Shown here: positions 1 through 14,849 of the stretch, in pieces
How the letters are laid out: every line of letters begins with the position of its first letter
Numbering within the stretch: the first letter of the stretch is position 1
DNA from: Eledone cirrhosa
Taxonomy: Eukaryota
Length of the DNA stretch: 64,000 bases
Assembly: GCA_964016885.1 (NCBI GenBank)
Contig: OZ024741.1
Coordinates: forward strand, 6,324,001 to 6,388,000
Direction: 5' to 3'
The notes under the pieces: generated by a model
What the model saw: only the letters and a program-made list of their open reading frames with translations
Databases searched by the model: none
Told to the model about the DNA's origin: nothing
Translations under genes and position numbers: made by a program

Positions 1-769
1 ATGTAAAGGTATTCTGTACCTGACAGATATAAAGGTATTCTGTACCTGACAGATATAAAGGTATTCTTTTCCTGACAGGTGTAAAGGTATTCTGTACCTG
101 ACAGGTATAAAGGTATTCTGGACCTGACAGGTATAAAGTTATTCTTTCCCTGACAGGTATAAAGGTATTCTGTACCTGATAGATATAAAGGTATTCTGTA
201 CCTGACAGATGCAAAGGTATTCTGTTCCTGACAGATGTAAAGGTATTCTTTACCTGACAGGTATAAAGGTATTCTGTACCTGACAGATGTAAAGGTATTA
301 TGTTCCTGACAAATGTAAAGTTATTTTGTACCTGACAGATGTAAAGGTATTCTGTTCCTGACAGATATAAAGGTATTCTGTTCCTGACAGATGTAAAGGT
401 ATTCTGTACCTGACAGATGTAAAGGTATTCTGTACCTGACAGGTATAAAGGTATTCTGTACCTGACAGGTATAAAGGTATTCTGTACCTGACAGATGTAA
501 AGGTATTCTGTTCCTGACAGGTATAAAGGTATTCTGTACCTGACAGATGTAAAGGTATTCTGTAGCTGACAGATGAAAAGGTATTCTGTACCAGACGGGT
601 ATAAAGGTATTCTGTTCAAGACAGGTATAAAAGTATTATGTTCCTGACAGGTATAAAGGTATTTTGTTTCTGACAGGTATAAAGATATTCTGTTCCTGAC
701 GAGTATAAAGGTATTCTGTACCTGACAGGTATAAAGGCATTCTGTACCTGACAGATGTAAAGGTATTCT

Positions 770-3700
770 GTACCTGACAGGTATAAGGGTATTCTGTACC
801 TGACAGATGTAAAGGCATTCTGTTCCTGACAGATGTAAAGCTATTCTGTACCTGACAGATGTAAAGGTATTCTGTACCTGACAGGTATAAAGGTATTCTG
901 TACCTGACAGATGTAAATATATTCTGTACCTGACAGGTATAAAGGTATTCTGTTCCTGACAGATGTAAAGGTATTCTGTTCCTGACAGATGTAAAGGTAT
1001 TCTGTACCTGACAGGTATAAGGGTATTCTGTACCTGACAGATGTAAAGGCATTCTGTACCTGACAGATGTAAAGGTATTCTGTACCTGACAGATGTAAAG
1101 GTATTCTGTACCTGACAGGTATAAAGGTATTCTGTACCTGACAGATGTAAAGGTATTCTGTACCTGACAGGTATAAAGGTATTCTGTTCCTGACAGATGT
1201 AAAGGTATTCTGTACCTGACAGGTATAAAAGTATTCTGTACCTGACAGGTATAAAGGTATTCTGTACCTGATAGATATAAACGTATTCTGTACCTGACAG
1301 ATGTAAAGGTATTCTGTTCCTGACAGATATAAAGGTATTCTGTACCTGACAGATATAAAGGTATTCTGTACCTGACAGATGTAAAGGTATTCTGTACCTG
1401 ACAGATGTAAAAGTATTCTGTACCTGACAGGTATAAAGGTATTCTGTACCTGACAGGTATAAAGGTATTCTGTTCCAGACAGATGTAAAGGTATTCTGTA
1501 CCTGACAGATGTAAAGATATTCTGTTCCTGACAGGCATAAAGGTATTCTGTACCTGACAGGTATAAAGGTATTCTGTTCCTGACAGATGTAAAGGTATTC
1601 TGTTCCTCACAGATGTAAAGGTATTCTGTACCTGACAGGTATAATGGTATTCTGTACCTGACAGGTATAAAGCTATTCTGTTCCTGACAGATGTAAAGGT
1701 ATTCTGTACCTGACAGATGTAAAGGTATTCTGTACCTGACAGGTATAAAGGTATTCTGTACCTAACAGGTATAAAGGTATTCTGTTTCTGTCAGGTATAG
1801 AGGTATTCTGTACCTCACAGGTATAAGGGTATACTGTACCTGACAGGTATAAAGGTATTCTGTACCTGACACATATAAAGGTATTCTGTTCCTCACATGT
1901 ATAAAGGTATTCTGTACCTGACAGATATAAAGGTATTCTGTACCTGACAGGTATAAAGGTATTCCGTACCTGACAGGTATAAAGGTATTCTGTACCTGAC
2001 AGATATAAAAGTATTCAGTACCTGACAGGTATAAAGGTATTCTGTACCTGACAGGTATAAAGGTATTCTGTTCCTGACAGATCTAAAGGTATTCTGTACC
2101 TGACAGATGTAAAGGTATTCTGTTCCTGACAGGTATAAAGGTATTCTGTACCTGACGGGTATAAAGGTATTCTGTTCCTGACAGATGTAAAGGTATTCTG
2201 TTCCTGACAGATGTAAAGGTATTCTGTACCTGACAGGTATAAAGGTATTCTGTACCTGACAGGTATAAAGGTATTCTGTTTCTGACAGGTATAGAGGTAT
2301 TCTGTACCTGACAGGTATAAAGGTATTCTGTACCTGACAGGTATAAAGGTATTCTGTACCTGACAGATATAAAGGTATTCTGCTCCTGACATGTATAAAG
2401 GTATTGTGTACCTGACTTATATAAAGGTATTCTGTACCTGAAAGGTATAAATTCTTCCATACCTGACAGGTATAAAGGTATTCTGTACCTGACAGGTATA
2501 AAGGTATTCTGTACCTGACAGGAATAAAGGTATTCTGTACCTGATAGATATAAAGGTATTCTGTACCTGACAGGTATAAAGGTATTCTGTACCTGACAGG
2601 TATGGTGGTATTCTGTACCCGACAGGTATAAAGGTATACTGTACCTGAGAGATATAAAGGTATTCTGTACCTGACAGGTATAAAGGTATTCTGTACCTGA
2701 CAGGTATAAAGGTATGCTGTACCTGACAGATGTAAAGGTATTCTGTACCTGACAGATGTAAAGGTATTCTGTACCTGACAGATGTAAAGGTATTCTGTAC
2801 CTGACAGGTATAAAGGTATTCTGTAGCTGACAGGTATATAGGTATTCTGTACCTGACATATGTAAAGGTATTCTGTTCCTGACAGATGTAAAGTTATTCT
2901 GTACCTGACAGATGTAAAGGTATTCTATTCCTGACAGATATAAAGGTATTCTGTACCCGACAGATGTAAAGGTATTCTGTACCTGACAGATGTAAAGGTA
3001 TTCTGTACCTGACAGTTATAAGGGTATTCTGTACCTGACAGATGTAAAGGCATTCTGTTCCTGACAGATGTAAAGCTATTCTGTACCTGACAGATGTAAA
3101 GGTATTCTGTACCTGACAGGTATAAAGGTATTCTGTACCTGACAGATGTAAAGATATTCTGTACCTGACAGGTATAAAGGTATTCTGTTCCTGACAGATG
3201 TAAAGGTATTCTGTTCCTGACAGATGTAAAGGTATTCTGTACCTGACAGGTATAAGGGTATTCTGTACCTGACAGATGTAAAGGCATTCTGTACCTGACA
3301 GATGTAAAGGTATTCTGTACCTGACAGATGTAAAGGTATTCTGTACCTGACAGGTATAAAGGTATTCTGTACCTGACAGATGTAAAGGTATTCTGTACCT
3401 GACAGGTATAAAGGTATTCTGTTCCTGACAGATGTAAAGGTATTCTGTACCTGACAGGTATAAAAGTATTCTGTACCTGACAGGTATAAAGGTATTCTGT
3501 ACCTGATAGATCTAAAGGTATTCTGTACCTGACAGATGTAAAGGTATTCTGTTCCTGACAGATATAAAGGTATTCTGTACCTGACAGATATAAAGGTATT
3601 CTGTACCTGACAGATGTAAAGGTATTCTGTACCTGACAGATGTAAAGGTATTCTGTACCTGACAGGTATAAAGGTATTCTGTACCTGACAGGTATAAAGG

Positions 3701-6700
3701 TATTCTGTTCCAGACAGATGTAAAGGTATTCTGTACCTGACAGATGTAAAGATATTCTGTTCCTGACAGGTATAAAGGTATTCTGTACCTGACAGGTATA
3801 AAGGTATTCTGTTCCTGACAGATGTAAAGGTATTCTGTTCCTCACAGATGTAAAGGTATTCTGTACCTGACAGGTATAATGGTATTCTGTACCTGACAGG
3901 TATAAAGCTATTCTGTTCCTGACAGATGTAAAGGTATTCTGTACCTGACAGATGTAAAGGTATTCTGTACCTGACAGGTATAAAGGTATTCTGTACCTAA
4001 CAGGTATAAAGGTATTCTGTTTCTGTCAGGTATAGAGGTATTCTGTACCTCACAGGTATAAGGGTATACTGTACCTGACAGGTATAAAGGTATTCTGTAC
4101 CTGACACCTATAAAGGTATTCTGTTCCTCACATGTATAAAGGTATTGTGTACCTGACTTATATAAAGGTATTCTGTACCTGAAAGGTATAAATTCTTCCA
4201 TACCTGACAGGTATAAAGGTATTCTGTACCTGACAGGTATAAAGGTATTCTGTACCTGACAGGAATAAAGGTATTCTGTACCTGATAGATATAAAGGTAT
4301 TCTGTACCTGACAGGTATAAAGGTATTCTGTACCTGACAGGTATGGTGGTATTCTGTACCCGACAGGTATAAAGGTATACTGTACCTGAGAGATATAAAG
4401 GTATTCTGTACCTGACAGGTATAAAGGTATTCTGTACCTGACAGGTATAAAGGTATGCTGTACCTGACAGATGTAAAGGTATTCTGTACCTGACAGATGT
4501 AAAGGTATTCTGTACCTGACAGATGTAAAGGTATTCTGTACCTGACAGGTATAAAGGTATTCTGTAGCTGACAGGTATATAGGTATTCTGTACCTGACAT
4601 ATGTAAAGGTATTCTGTTCCTGACAGATGTAAAGTTATTCTGTACCTGACAGATGTAAAGGTATTCTATTCCTGACAGATATAAAGGTATTCTGTACCCG
4701 ACAGATGTAAAGGTATTCTGTACCTGACAGATGTAAAGGTATTCTGTACCTGACAGTTATAAGGGTATTCTGTACCTGACAGATGTAAAGGCATTCTGTT
4801 CCTGACAGATGTAAAGCTATTCTGTACCTGACAGATGTAAAGGTATTCTGTACCTGACAGGTATAAAGGTATTCTGTACCTGACAGATGTAAAGATATTC
4901 TGTACCTGACAGGTATAAAGGTATTCTGTTCCTGACAGATGTAAAGGTATTCTGTTCCTGACAGATGTAAAGGTATTCTGTACCTGACAGGTATAAGGGT
5001 ATTCTGTACCTGACAGATGTAAAGGCATTCTGTACCTGACAGATGTAAAGGTATTCTGTACCTGACAGATGTAAAGGTATTCTGTACCTGACAGGTATAA
5101 AGGTATTCTGTACCTGACAGATGTAAAGGTATTCTGTACCTGACAGGTATAAAGGTATTCTGTTCCTGACAGATGTAAAGGTATTCTGTACCTGACAGGT
5201 ATAAAAGTATTCTGTACCTGACAGGTATAAAGGTATTCTGTACCTGATAGATCTAAAGGTATTCTGTACCTGACAGATGTAAAGGTATTCTGTTCCTGAC
5301 AGATATAAAGGTATTCTGTACCTGACAGATATAAAGGTATTCTGTACCTGACAGATGTAAAGGTATTCTGTACCTGACAGATGTAAAGGTATTCTGTACC
5401 TGACAGGTATAAAGGTATTCTGTACCTGACAGGTATAAAGGTATTCTGTTCCAGACAGATGTAAAGGTATTCTGTACCTGACAGATGTAAAGATATTCTG
5501 TTCCTGACAGGTATAAAGGTATTCTGTACCTGACAGGTATAAAGGTATTCTGTTCCTGACAGATGTAAAGGTATTCTGTTCCTCACAGATGTAAAGGTAT
5601 TCTGTACCTGACAGGTATAATGGTATTCTGTACCTGACAGGTATAAAGCTATTCTGTTCCTGACAGATGTAAAGGTATTCTGTACCTGACAGATGTAAAG
5701 GTATTCTGTACCTGACAGGTATAAAGGTATTCTGTACCTAACAGGTATAAAGGTATTCTGTTTCTGTCAGGTATAGAGGTATTCTGTACCTCACAGGTAT
5801 AAGGGTATACTGTACCTGACAGGTATAAAGGTATTCTGTACCTGACACATATAAAGGTATTCTGTTCCTCACATGTATAAAGGTATTCTGTACCTGACAG
5901 ATATAAAGGTATTCTGTACCTCACAGGTATAAAGGTATTCCGTACCTGACAGGTATAAAGGTATTCTGTACCTGACAGATATAAAAGTATTCAGTACCTG
6001 ACAGGTATAAAGGTATTCTGTACCTGACAGGTATAAAGGTATTCTGTTCCTGACAGATCTAAAGGTATTCTGTACCTGACAGATGTAAAGGTATTCTGTT
6101 CCTGACAGGTATAAAGGTATACTGTACCTGACAGGTATAAAGGTATTTTGTTCCTGACAGATGTAAAGGTATTCTGTACCTGACAGATGTAAAGGTATTC
6201 TGTACCTGACAGGTATAAAGGTATTCTGTACCTGACAGGTATAAAGGTATTCTGTTCCTGAGAGATGTAAAGGTATTCTGTACCTGACAGATGTAAAGAT
6301 ATTCTGTTCCTGACAGGTATAAAGGTATTCTGTACCTGACGGGTATAAAGGTATTCTGTTCCTGACAGATGTAAAGGTATTCTGTTCCTGACAGATGTAA
6401 AGGTATTCTGTACCTGACAGGTATAAAGGTATTCTGTACCTGACAGGTATAAAGGTATTCTGTTTCTGAGAGGTATAGAGGTATTCTGTACCTGACAGGT
6501 ATAAAGGTATTCTGTACCTGACAGGTATAAAGGTATTCTGTACCTGACAGATATAAAGGTATTCTGCTCCTGACATGTATAAAGGTATTCTGTACCTGAC
6601 TTATATAAAGGTATTCTGTACCTGAAAGGTATAAATTATTCCGTACCTGACAGGTATAAAGGTATTCTGTAACTGACAGGTATAAAGGTATTCTGTACCT

Positions 6701-7150
6701 GACAGGTATAAAGGTATTCTGTACCTGATAGATATAAAGGTATTCTGTACCTGACAGGTATAAAGGTATTCTGTACCTGACAGGTATGGTGGTATTCTGT
6801 ACCCGACAGGTATAAAGGTATACTGTACCTGAGAGATATAAAGGTATTCTGTACCTGACAGGTATAAAGGTATTCTGTACCTGACAGGTATAAAGGTATG
6901 CTGTACTTGACAGATGTAAAGGTATTCTGTACCTGACAGATTTAAAGGTATTCTGTACCTGACAGATGTAAAGGTATTCTGTACCTGACAGGTATAAAGG
7001 TATTCTGTAGCTGACAGGTATATAGGTATTCTGTACCTGACATATGTAAAGGTATTCTGTTCCTGACAGATGTAAAGTTATTCTGTACCTGACAGATGTA
7101 AAGGTATTCTGTTCCTGACAGATATAAAGGTATTCTGTACCCGACAGATG
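770..7150. repeat. Higher-order repeat block with 2235-bp (86 monomers - 1 bp) and 1741-bp (67 monomers - 1 bp) periods
   Basis: Identical ORF translations at 2925..3845 and 4666..5586 (offset 1741). ORF end 1610 versus 3845 (offset 2235). Private variants aaaggtataaattcttccatacc (2441, 4182) and ggtatggtggtattc (~2599, ~4340, ~6783) recur. Confidence 0.9.
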
Positions 7151-10100
7151 TAAAGGTATTCTGTACCTGACAGATGTAAAGGTATTCTGTACCTGACAGG
7201 TATATAGGTATTCTGTACCTGACAGGTATATAGGTATTCTGTACCTGACAGGTATAAAGGTATTCTGTTCAAGACAGGTATAAAAGTATTATGTTCCTGA
7301 CAGGTATAAAGGTATTTTGTTTCTGACAGGTATAAAGATATTCTGTTCCTGACAGGTATAAAGGTATTCTGTACCTGACAGGTATAAAGGCATTCTGTAC
7401 CTGACAGGTATAAAGGTATTCTGTTCCTGACAGATGTAAAGGTATTCTGTTCCTGACAGATGTAAAGGTATTCTGTACCTGACAGATGTAAAGGTATTCT
7501 GTTCCTGACAGATATAAAGGTATTCTGTACCTGACAGATATAAAGGTATTCTGTACCTGACAGGTGTAAAGGTATTCTGTACCTGACAGGTATAAATGTA
7601 TTCTGTACCTGACAGATGTAAAGGTATTCTGTACCTGACAGGTATAAAGGTATTCTGTTCCTGACAGATGTAAAGTTATTCTGTACCTGACAGGTATAAA
7701 GGTATTCTCTACCTGACAGGTATAAAGGTATTCTGTACCTGATAGATATAAAGGTATTCTGTACCAGACAGATGTAAAGGTATTCTGTTCCTGACAGATA
7801 TAAAGGTATTCTGTACCTGACAGATATAAAGGTATTCTGTACCTGACCGATGTAAAGTTATTCTGTACCTGACAGATGTAAAGGTATTCTGTACCTGACA
7901 GGTATAAAGGTATTCTGTTCCTGACAGATGTAAAGGTATTCTGTACTTGACAGATGTAAAGATATTCTGTTCCTGACAGGTATAAAGGTATTCTGTACCT
8001 GACAGGTATAAAGGTATTCTGTTCCTGACAGATGTAAAGGTATTCTGTTCCTGACAGATGTAAAGGTATTCTGTACCTGACAGGTATGAAGGTATTCTGT
8101 ACCTGACAGGTATAAAGGTATTCTGTTCCTGACAGATGTAAAGGTATTCGGTACCTGACAGGTATAAAGGTATTCTGTACCTAACAGGTATAAAGGTATT
8201 CTGTTTCTGTCAGGTATAGAGGTATTCTGTACCTGACAGGTATAAGGTTATTCTGTACCTGACATGTATAAAGGTATTCTGTACCTGACAGATATAAAGG
8301 TATTCTGTTCCTCACATGTATAAAGGTATTCTGTACCTGACAGATATAAAGGTATTCAGTACCTGACAGGTATAAAGGTATTCCGTACCTGACAGGTATA
8401 AAGGTATTCTCTACATGACAGATATAAAAGTATTCAGTACCTGACAGGTATAAAGGTATTCTGTTCCTGACAGATCTAAAGGTATTCTGTTCCTGACAGA
8501 TGTAAAGGTATTCTGTTCCAGACAGGTATAAAGGTATACTGTACCTGACAGGTATAAAGGTATTCTGTTCCTGACAGATGTAAAGGTATTCTGTTCCTGA
8601 CAGATGTAAAAGTATTCTGTACCTGACAGGTATAAAGGTATTCTGTACCTGACAGGTATAAAGGTATTCTGTTCCTGACAGATGTAAAGGTATTCTGTAC
8701 CTGACAGATGTAAAGGTATTCTGTACCTGACAGGTATAAAGGTATTCTGTACCTGACAGGTATAAAGGTATTCTGTTCAAGACAGGTATAAAGGTATTAT
8801 GTTCCTGACAGGTATAAAGGTATTTTGTTTCTGACAGGTATAAAGATATTCTGTTCCTGACAGGTATAAAGGTATTCTGTACCTGACAGGTATAAAGGCA
8901 TTCTGTACCTGACAGGTATAAAGGTATTCTGTTCCTGACAGATGTAAAGGTATTCTGTTCCTGACAGAGGTAAAGGTATTCTGTACCTGACAGGTATAAG
9001 GGTATTCTGTACCTGACAGATGTAAAGGCATTCTGTACCTGACAGATGTAAAGGTATTCTGTACCTGACAGATGTAAAGGTATTCTGTACCTGACAGGTA
9101 TAAAGGTATTCTGGAGCTGACAGATGTAAAGGTATTCTGTACCTGACAGGTATAAAGGTATTCTGTTCCTGACAGATGTAAAGGTATTCTGTACCTGACA
9201 GGTATAAAGTTATTCTGTACCTGACAGGTATAAAGTATTCTGTACCTGATAGATATAAAGGTATTCTGTACCTGACAGATGTAAAGGTATTCTGTTCCTG
9301 ACAGATATAAAGGTATTCTGTACCTGAGAGATATAAAGGTATTCTGTACCTGACAGATGTAAAGGTTTTCTGTACCTGACAGATGTAAAGGTATTCTGTA
9401 CCTGACAGGTATAAAGGTATTCTGTACCTGACAGGTATAAAGGTATTCTGTTCATGACAGATGTAAAGGTATTCTGTACCTGACAGATGTAAAGATATTC
9501 TGTTCCTGACAGGTATAAAGGTATTCTGTACCTGACAGGTATAAAGGTATTCTGTTCCTGACAGATGTAAAGGTATTCTGTTCCTGACAGTTGTAAAGGT
9601 ATTCTGTACCTGACAGGTATAAAGGTATTCTGTACCTGGCAGGTATAAAGGTATTCTGTTCCTGACAGATGTAAAGGTATTCTGTACCTGACAGATGTAA
9701 AGGTATTCTGTACCTGACAGGTATAAAGGTATTCTGTACCTGACAGGTATAAAGGTATTCTGTTTCTGACAGGTATAGAGGTATTCTGTACCTGACAGGT
9801 ATAAAGGTATTCTGTACCTGACAGGTATAAAGCTATTCTGTACCTGACAGATATAAAGGTATTCTGTTCCTGACATGTATAAAGGTATTCTGTAACCTAC
9901 AGATATAAAGGTATTCTGTACCTGACAGGTATAAATTATTCTGTACCTGACAGGTATAAAGGTATTCTGTAAATGCCAGGTATAAAGGTATTCTGTACCT
10001 GACTGGTATAAAGGTATTCTGTACCTGAGAGATATAAAGGTATTCTGTACCTCACAGGTATAAAGGTATTCTGCACCTGACAGGTATAAAGTATTCTGTA

Positions 10101-13100
10101 CCCGACAGGTATAAAGGTGTTCTGTACCTGAGAGATATAAAGGTATTCTGTACCTGACAGGTATAAAGGTATTCTGTACCTGACAGGTATAAAGGTATGC
10201 TGTACCTGACAGATGTAAAGGTATTCTGTACCTGACAGATTTAAAGGTATTCTGTACCTGACTGATGTAAAGGTATTCTGTACCTGACAGGTATAAAGGT
10301 ATTCTGTACCTGACAGATATAAAAGTATCCTGTACCTGACAGGTATAAAGGTATTCTGTACCTGACAGGTATAAAGGTATTCTGTTCCTGCCAGATGTAA
10401 AGGTATTCTGTACCTGACAGATGCAAAGGTATTCTGTTCCTGACAGGTATAAAGTTATTCTGTACCTGACAGGCATAAAGGTATTCTGTTCCTGACAGAT
10501 GTAAAGGTATTCTGTTCCTGACAGATGTAAAGGTATTCTGTACCTGACAGGTATAAAGGTATTCTTTACCTGACAGATATAAAGGTATTCTGTACCTGAC
10601 AGATGTAAAGGTATTCTGTTCATGACAGATGTAAAGTTATTCTGTACCTGACAGATATAAAGGTATTCTGTTCCTGACAGATATAAAGGTATTCTGTTCC
10701 TGACAGATGTAAAGGTATTCTTTACCTGACAGATGTAAAGGTATTCTGTACCTGACAGGTATAAAGGTATTCTGTACCTGACAGGTGTAAAGGTATTCTG
10801 TACCTGACAGATGTAAAGGTATTCTGTACCTGACAGGTATAAAGGTATTCTGTACCTGACAGGTATAAAGGAATTCTGTTCCTGACAGATGTAAAGGTAT
10901 TCTGTTCCTGACAGATGTAAAGGTATTCTGTACCTGACAGGTATAAAGGTATTCTGTACCTGACAGGTATAAAGGTATTCTGTTCCTGACAGATGTAAAG
11001 GTATTCTGTACCTAACAGGTATAAAAGTATTCTGTACCTGACAGGTATAAAGGTATTCTGTTCAAGACAGGTATAAAGGTATTATGTTCCTGACAGGTAT
11101 AAAGGTATTTTGTTTCTGACAGGTATAAATATATTCTGTTCCTGACAGGTATAAAGGTATTCTGTACCTGACAGGTATAAAGGCATTCTGTACCTGACAG
11201 GTATAAAGGTATTCTGTTCCTGACAGATGTAAAGGTATTCTATTCCTGACAGATGTAAAGGTATTCTGTACCTGACAGGTATAAGGGTATTCTGTACCTG
11301 ACAGATGTAAAGGCATTCTTTACCTGACAGATGTAAAGGTATTCTGTACCTGACAGATGTAAAGGTATTCTGTACCTGACAGGTATAAAGGTATTCTGTA
11401 CCTGACAGATGTAAAGGTATTCTGTACCTGACAGGTATAAAGGTATTCTGTTCCTGAGAGATATAAAGGTATTCTGTACCTGACAGATATAAAGGTATTC
11501 TGTACCTGACAGATGTAAAGGTATTCTGTACCTGACAGATGTAAAGGTATTCTGTACCTGACAGGTATAAAGGTATTCTGTTGCTGACAGATGTAAAGGT
11601 ATTCTGTACCTGACAGATGTAAAGATATTCTGTTTCTGACAGGTATAAAGGTATTCTGTACCTGACAGGTATAAAGGTATTCTGTTCCTGACAGATGTAA
11701 AGGTATTCTGTACCTGACAGATGTAAAGGTGTTCTGTACCTGACAGGTATAAAGGTATTCTGTACCTGACAGGTATACAGGTATTCTTTTTCTGACAGGT
11801 ATAGAGGTATTCTGTACCTGACAGGTATAAAGGTATTCTCTACCTGACAGGTATAAATGTATTCTGTACCTGACAGATATAAAGGTATTCTGTTCCTGAC
11901 ATGTATAAAGGTATTCTGTACCTAACAGATATAAATTATTCTGTACCTGACAGGTATAAAGGTATTCTGTACCTGACAGGTATAAAGGTATTGTGTACCT
12001 GACAGGTATAAAGGTATTCTGTACCTGACAGGTATAAAGGTATTCTGTACCTGAGAGATATAAAGGTATTCTGTACCTGACAGGTATAAAGGTATTCTGT
12101 ACCTGACAGGTGTAAAGGTATTCTGTACCCGACAGGTATAAAGGTATTCTGTACCTGAGAGATATAAAGGTATTCTGTACCTGACAGGTATAAAGGTATT
12201 CTGTACTTGACAGGTATAAAGGTATGCTGTACCTGACAGATGTAAAGGTATTCTGTACCTGACAGATGTAAAGGTATTCTGTACCTGACAGATGTAAAGG
12301 TATTCTGTACCTGACAGGTATAAAGGTATTCTGTAGCTGACAGGTATAAAGTTATTCTGTCCCTGACAGATAAAAAGGTATTCTGTACCTGACAGATGTA
12401 AAGGTATTCTTTACCTGACAGGTATAAAGGTATTCTGTACCTGACAGATGTAAAGGTATTCTGTTCCTGACAGATGTAAAAATATTCTGTTCCTGACGGA
12501 TATAAAGGTATTCTGTTCCTGACAGATGTAAAGGTATTCTGTACCTGACAGATGTAAAGGTATTCTGTACCTGACAGATGTAAAGGTATTCTGTACCTGA
12601 CAGGTATAAAGGTATTCTGTACCTGACAGGTATAAAGGTATTCTGTACCTGACAGATGTAAAGGTATTCTGTACCTAACAGGTATAAAGGTATTCTGTAC
12701 CTGACAGGTATAAAGGTATTCTGTACCTGACAGGTATAAAGGTATTCTGTAGCTGACAGGTATAAAGGTATTCTGTACCTGACAGATATAAAAGTATTAT
12801 GTACCTGACAGGTATAAAGGTATTCTGTTCCTGACAGATGTAAAGGTATTCTGTACCTGACAGATGTAAAGGTATTCTGTTCCTGACAGGTATAAAGGTA
12901 TTCTGTACCTGACAGGTATAAAGGTATTCTGTTCCTGACAGATGTAAAGGTATTCTGTTCCTGACAGATGTAAAGGTATTCTGTACCTGACAGGTATAAA
13001 GGTATTCTGTACCTGACAGGTATAAAGGTATTCTGTTCCTGACAGATGTAAAGGTATTCTGTACCTGACAGATGTAAAGGTATTCTGTACCTGACAGGTA

Positions 13101-14849
13101 TATAGGTATTCTGTACCGGACAGGTATAAAGGTATTCTGTTCAAGAAAGGTATAAAAGTATTATGTTCCTGACAGGTATAAAGGTATTTTGTTTCTTACA
13201 GGTATAAAGATATTCTGTTCCTGACAGGTATAAAGGTATTCTGTACCTGACAGGTATAAAGGCATTCTGTACCTGACAGGTATAAAGGTATTCTGTTCCT
13301 GACAGATGTAAAGGTATTCTGTTCCTGACAGATGTAAAGGTATTCTGTACCTGACAGATGTAAAGGTATTCTGTTCCTGACAGATATAAAGGTATTCTGT
13401 ACCTGACAGATATAAAGGTATTCTGTACCTGACAGATGTAAAGGTATTCTGTACCTGACAGGTATAAAGGTATTCTGTACCTGACAGATGTAAAGGTATT
13501 CTGTACCTGACAGGTATAAAGGTATTCTGTTCCTGACAGATGTAAAGGTATTCTGTACCTGATAGGTATAAAGGTATTCTCTACCTGACAGGTATAAAGG
13601 TATTCTGTACTTGACAGATGTAAAGATATTCTGTTCCTGACAGGTATAAAGATATTCTGTACCTGACAGGTATAAAGGTATTCTGTTCCTGACAGATGTA
13701 AAGGTATTCTGTACCTGACAGATGTAAAGGTATTCTGTACCTGACAGATATAAAGGTATTCTGTACCTGACAGGTATAAAGGTATTCTGTACCTGATGGA
13801 TATAAAGGTATTCTGTACCTGACAGATGTAAAGGTATTCTGTTCCTGACAGATATAAAGGTATTCTGTACCTGAGAGATATAAAGGTATTCTGTACATGA
13901 CAGATGTAAAGGTATTCTGTACCTGACAGATGTAAAGGTATTCTGTACCTGACAGGTATAAAGGTATTCTGTACCTGACAGGTATAAAGGTATTCTGTTC
14001 ATGACAGATGTAAAGGTATTCTGTACCTGACAGATGTAAAGATATTCTGTTCCTGACAGGTATAAAGGTATTCTGTACCTGACAGGTATAAAGGTATTCT
14101 GTTCCTGACAGATGTAAAGGTATTCTGTTCCTGACAGTTGTAAAGGTATTCTGTACCTGACAGGTATAAAGGTATTCTGTACCTGACAGGTATAAAGGTA
14201 TTCTGTTCCTGACAGATGTAAAGGTATTCTGTACCTGACAGATGTAAAGGTATTCTGTACCTGACAGTTATAAAGGTATTCTGTACCTGACAGGTATAAA
14301 GGTATTCTGTTTCTGACAGGTATAGAGGTATTCTGTTCCTGACAGGTATAATGGTATTCTGTACCTGACAGGTATAAAGCTATTCTGTACCTGACAGATA
14401 TAAAGGTATTCTGTTCCTGACATGTATAAAGGTATTCTGTAACCTACAGATATAAAGGTATTCTGTACCTGACAGGTATAAATTATTCTGTACCTGACAG
14501 GTATAAAGGTATTCTGTACCTGACAGGTATAAAGGTATTCTGTACCTGACTGGTATAAAGGTATTCTGTACCTGAGAGATATAAAGGTATTCTGTACCTG
14601 ACAGGTATAAAGGTATTCTGTACCTGACAGGTATAAAGGTATTCTTTACCTGACAGGTATAAAGGTATGCTGTACCTGACAGATGTAAAGGTATGCTGTA
14701 CCTGACAGATGTAAAGGTATTCTGTACCTGACAGGTATAAAGGTTTTCTGTAGCTGACAGGTATAAAGTTATTCTGTCCCTGACAGATAAAAAGGTGTTC
14801 TGTACTTGACAGATGTAAAGGTATTCTGTACCTGACAGGTATAAAGGTA

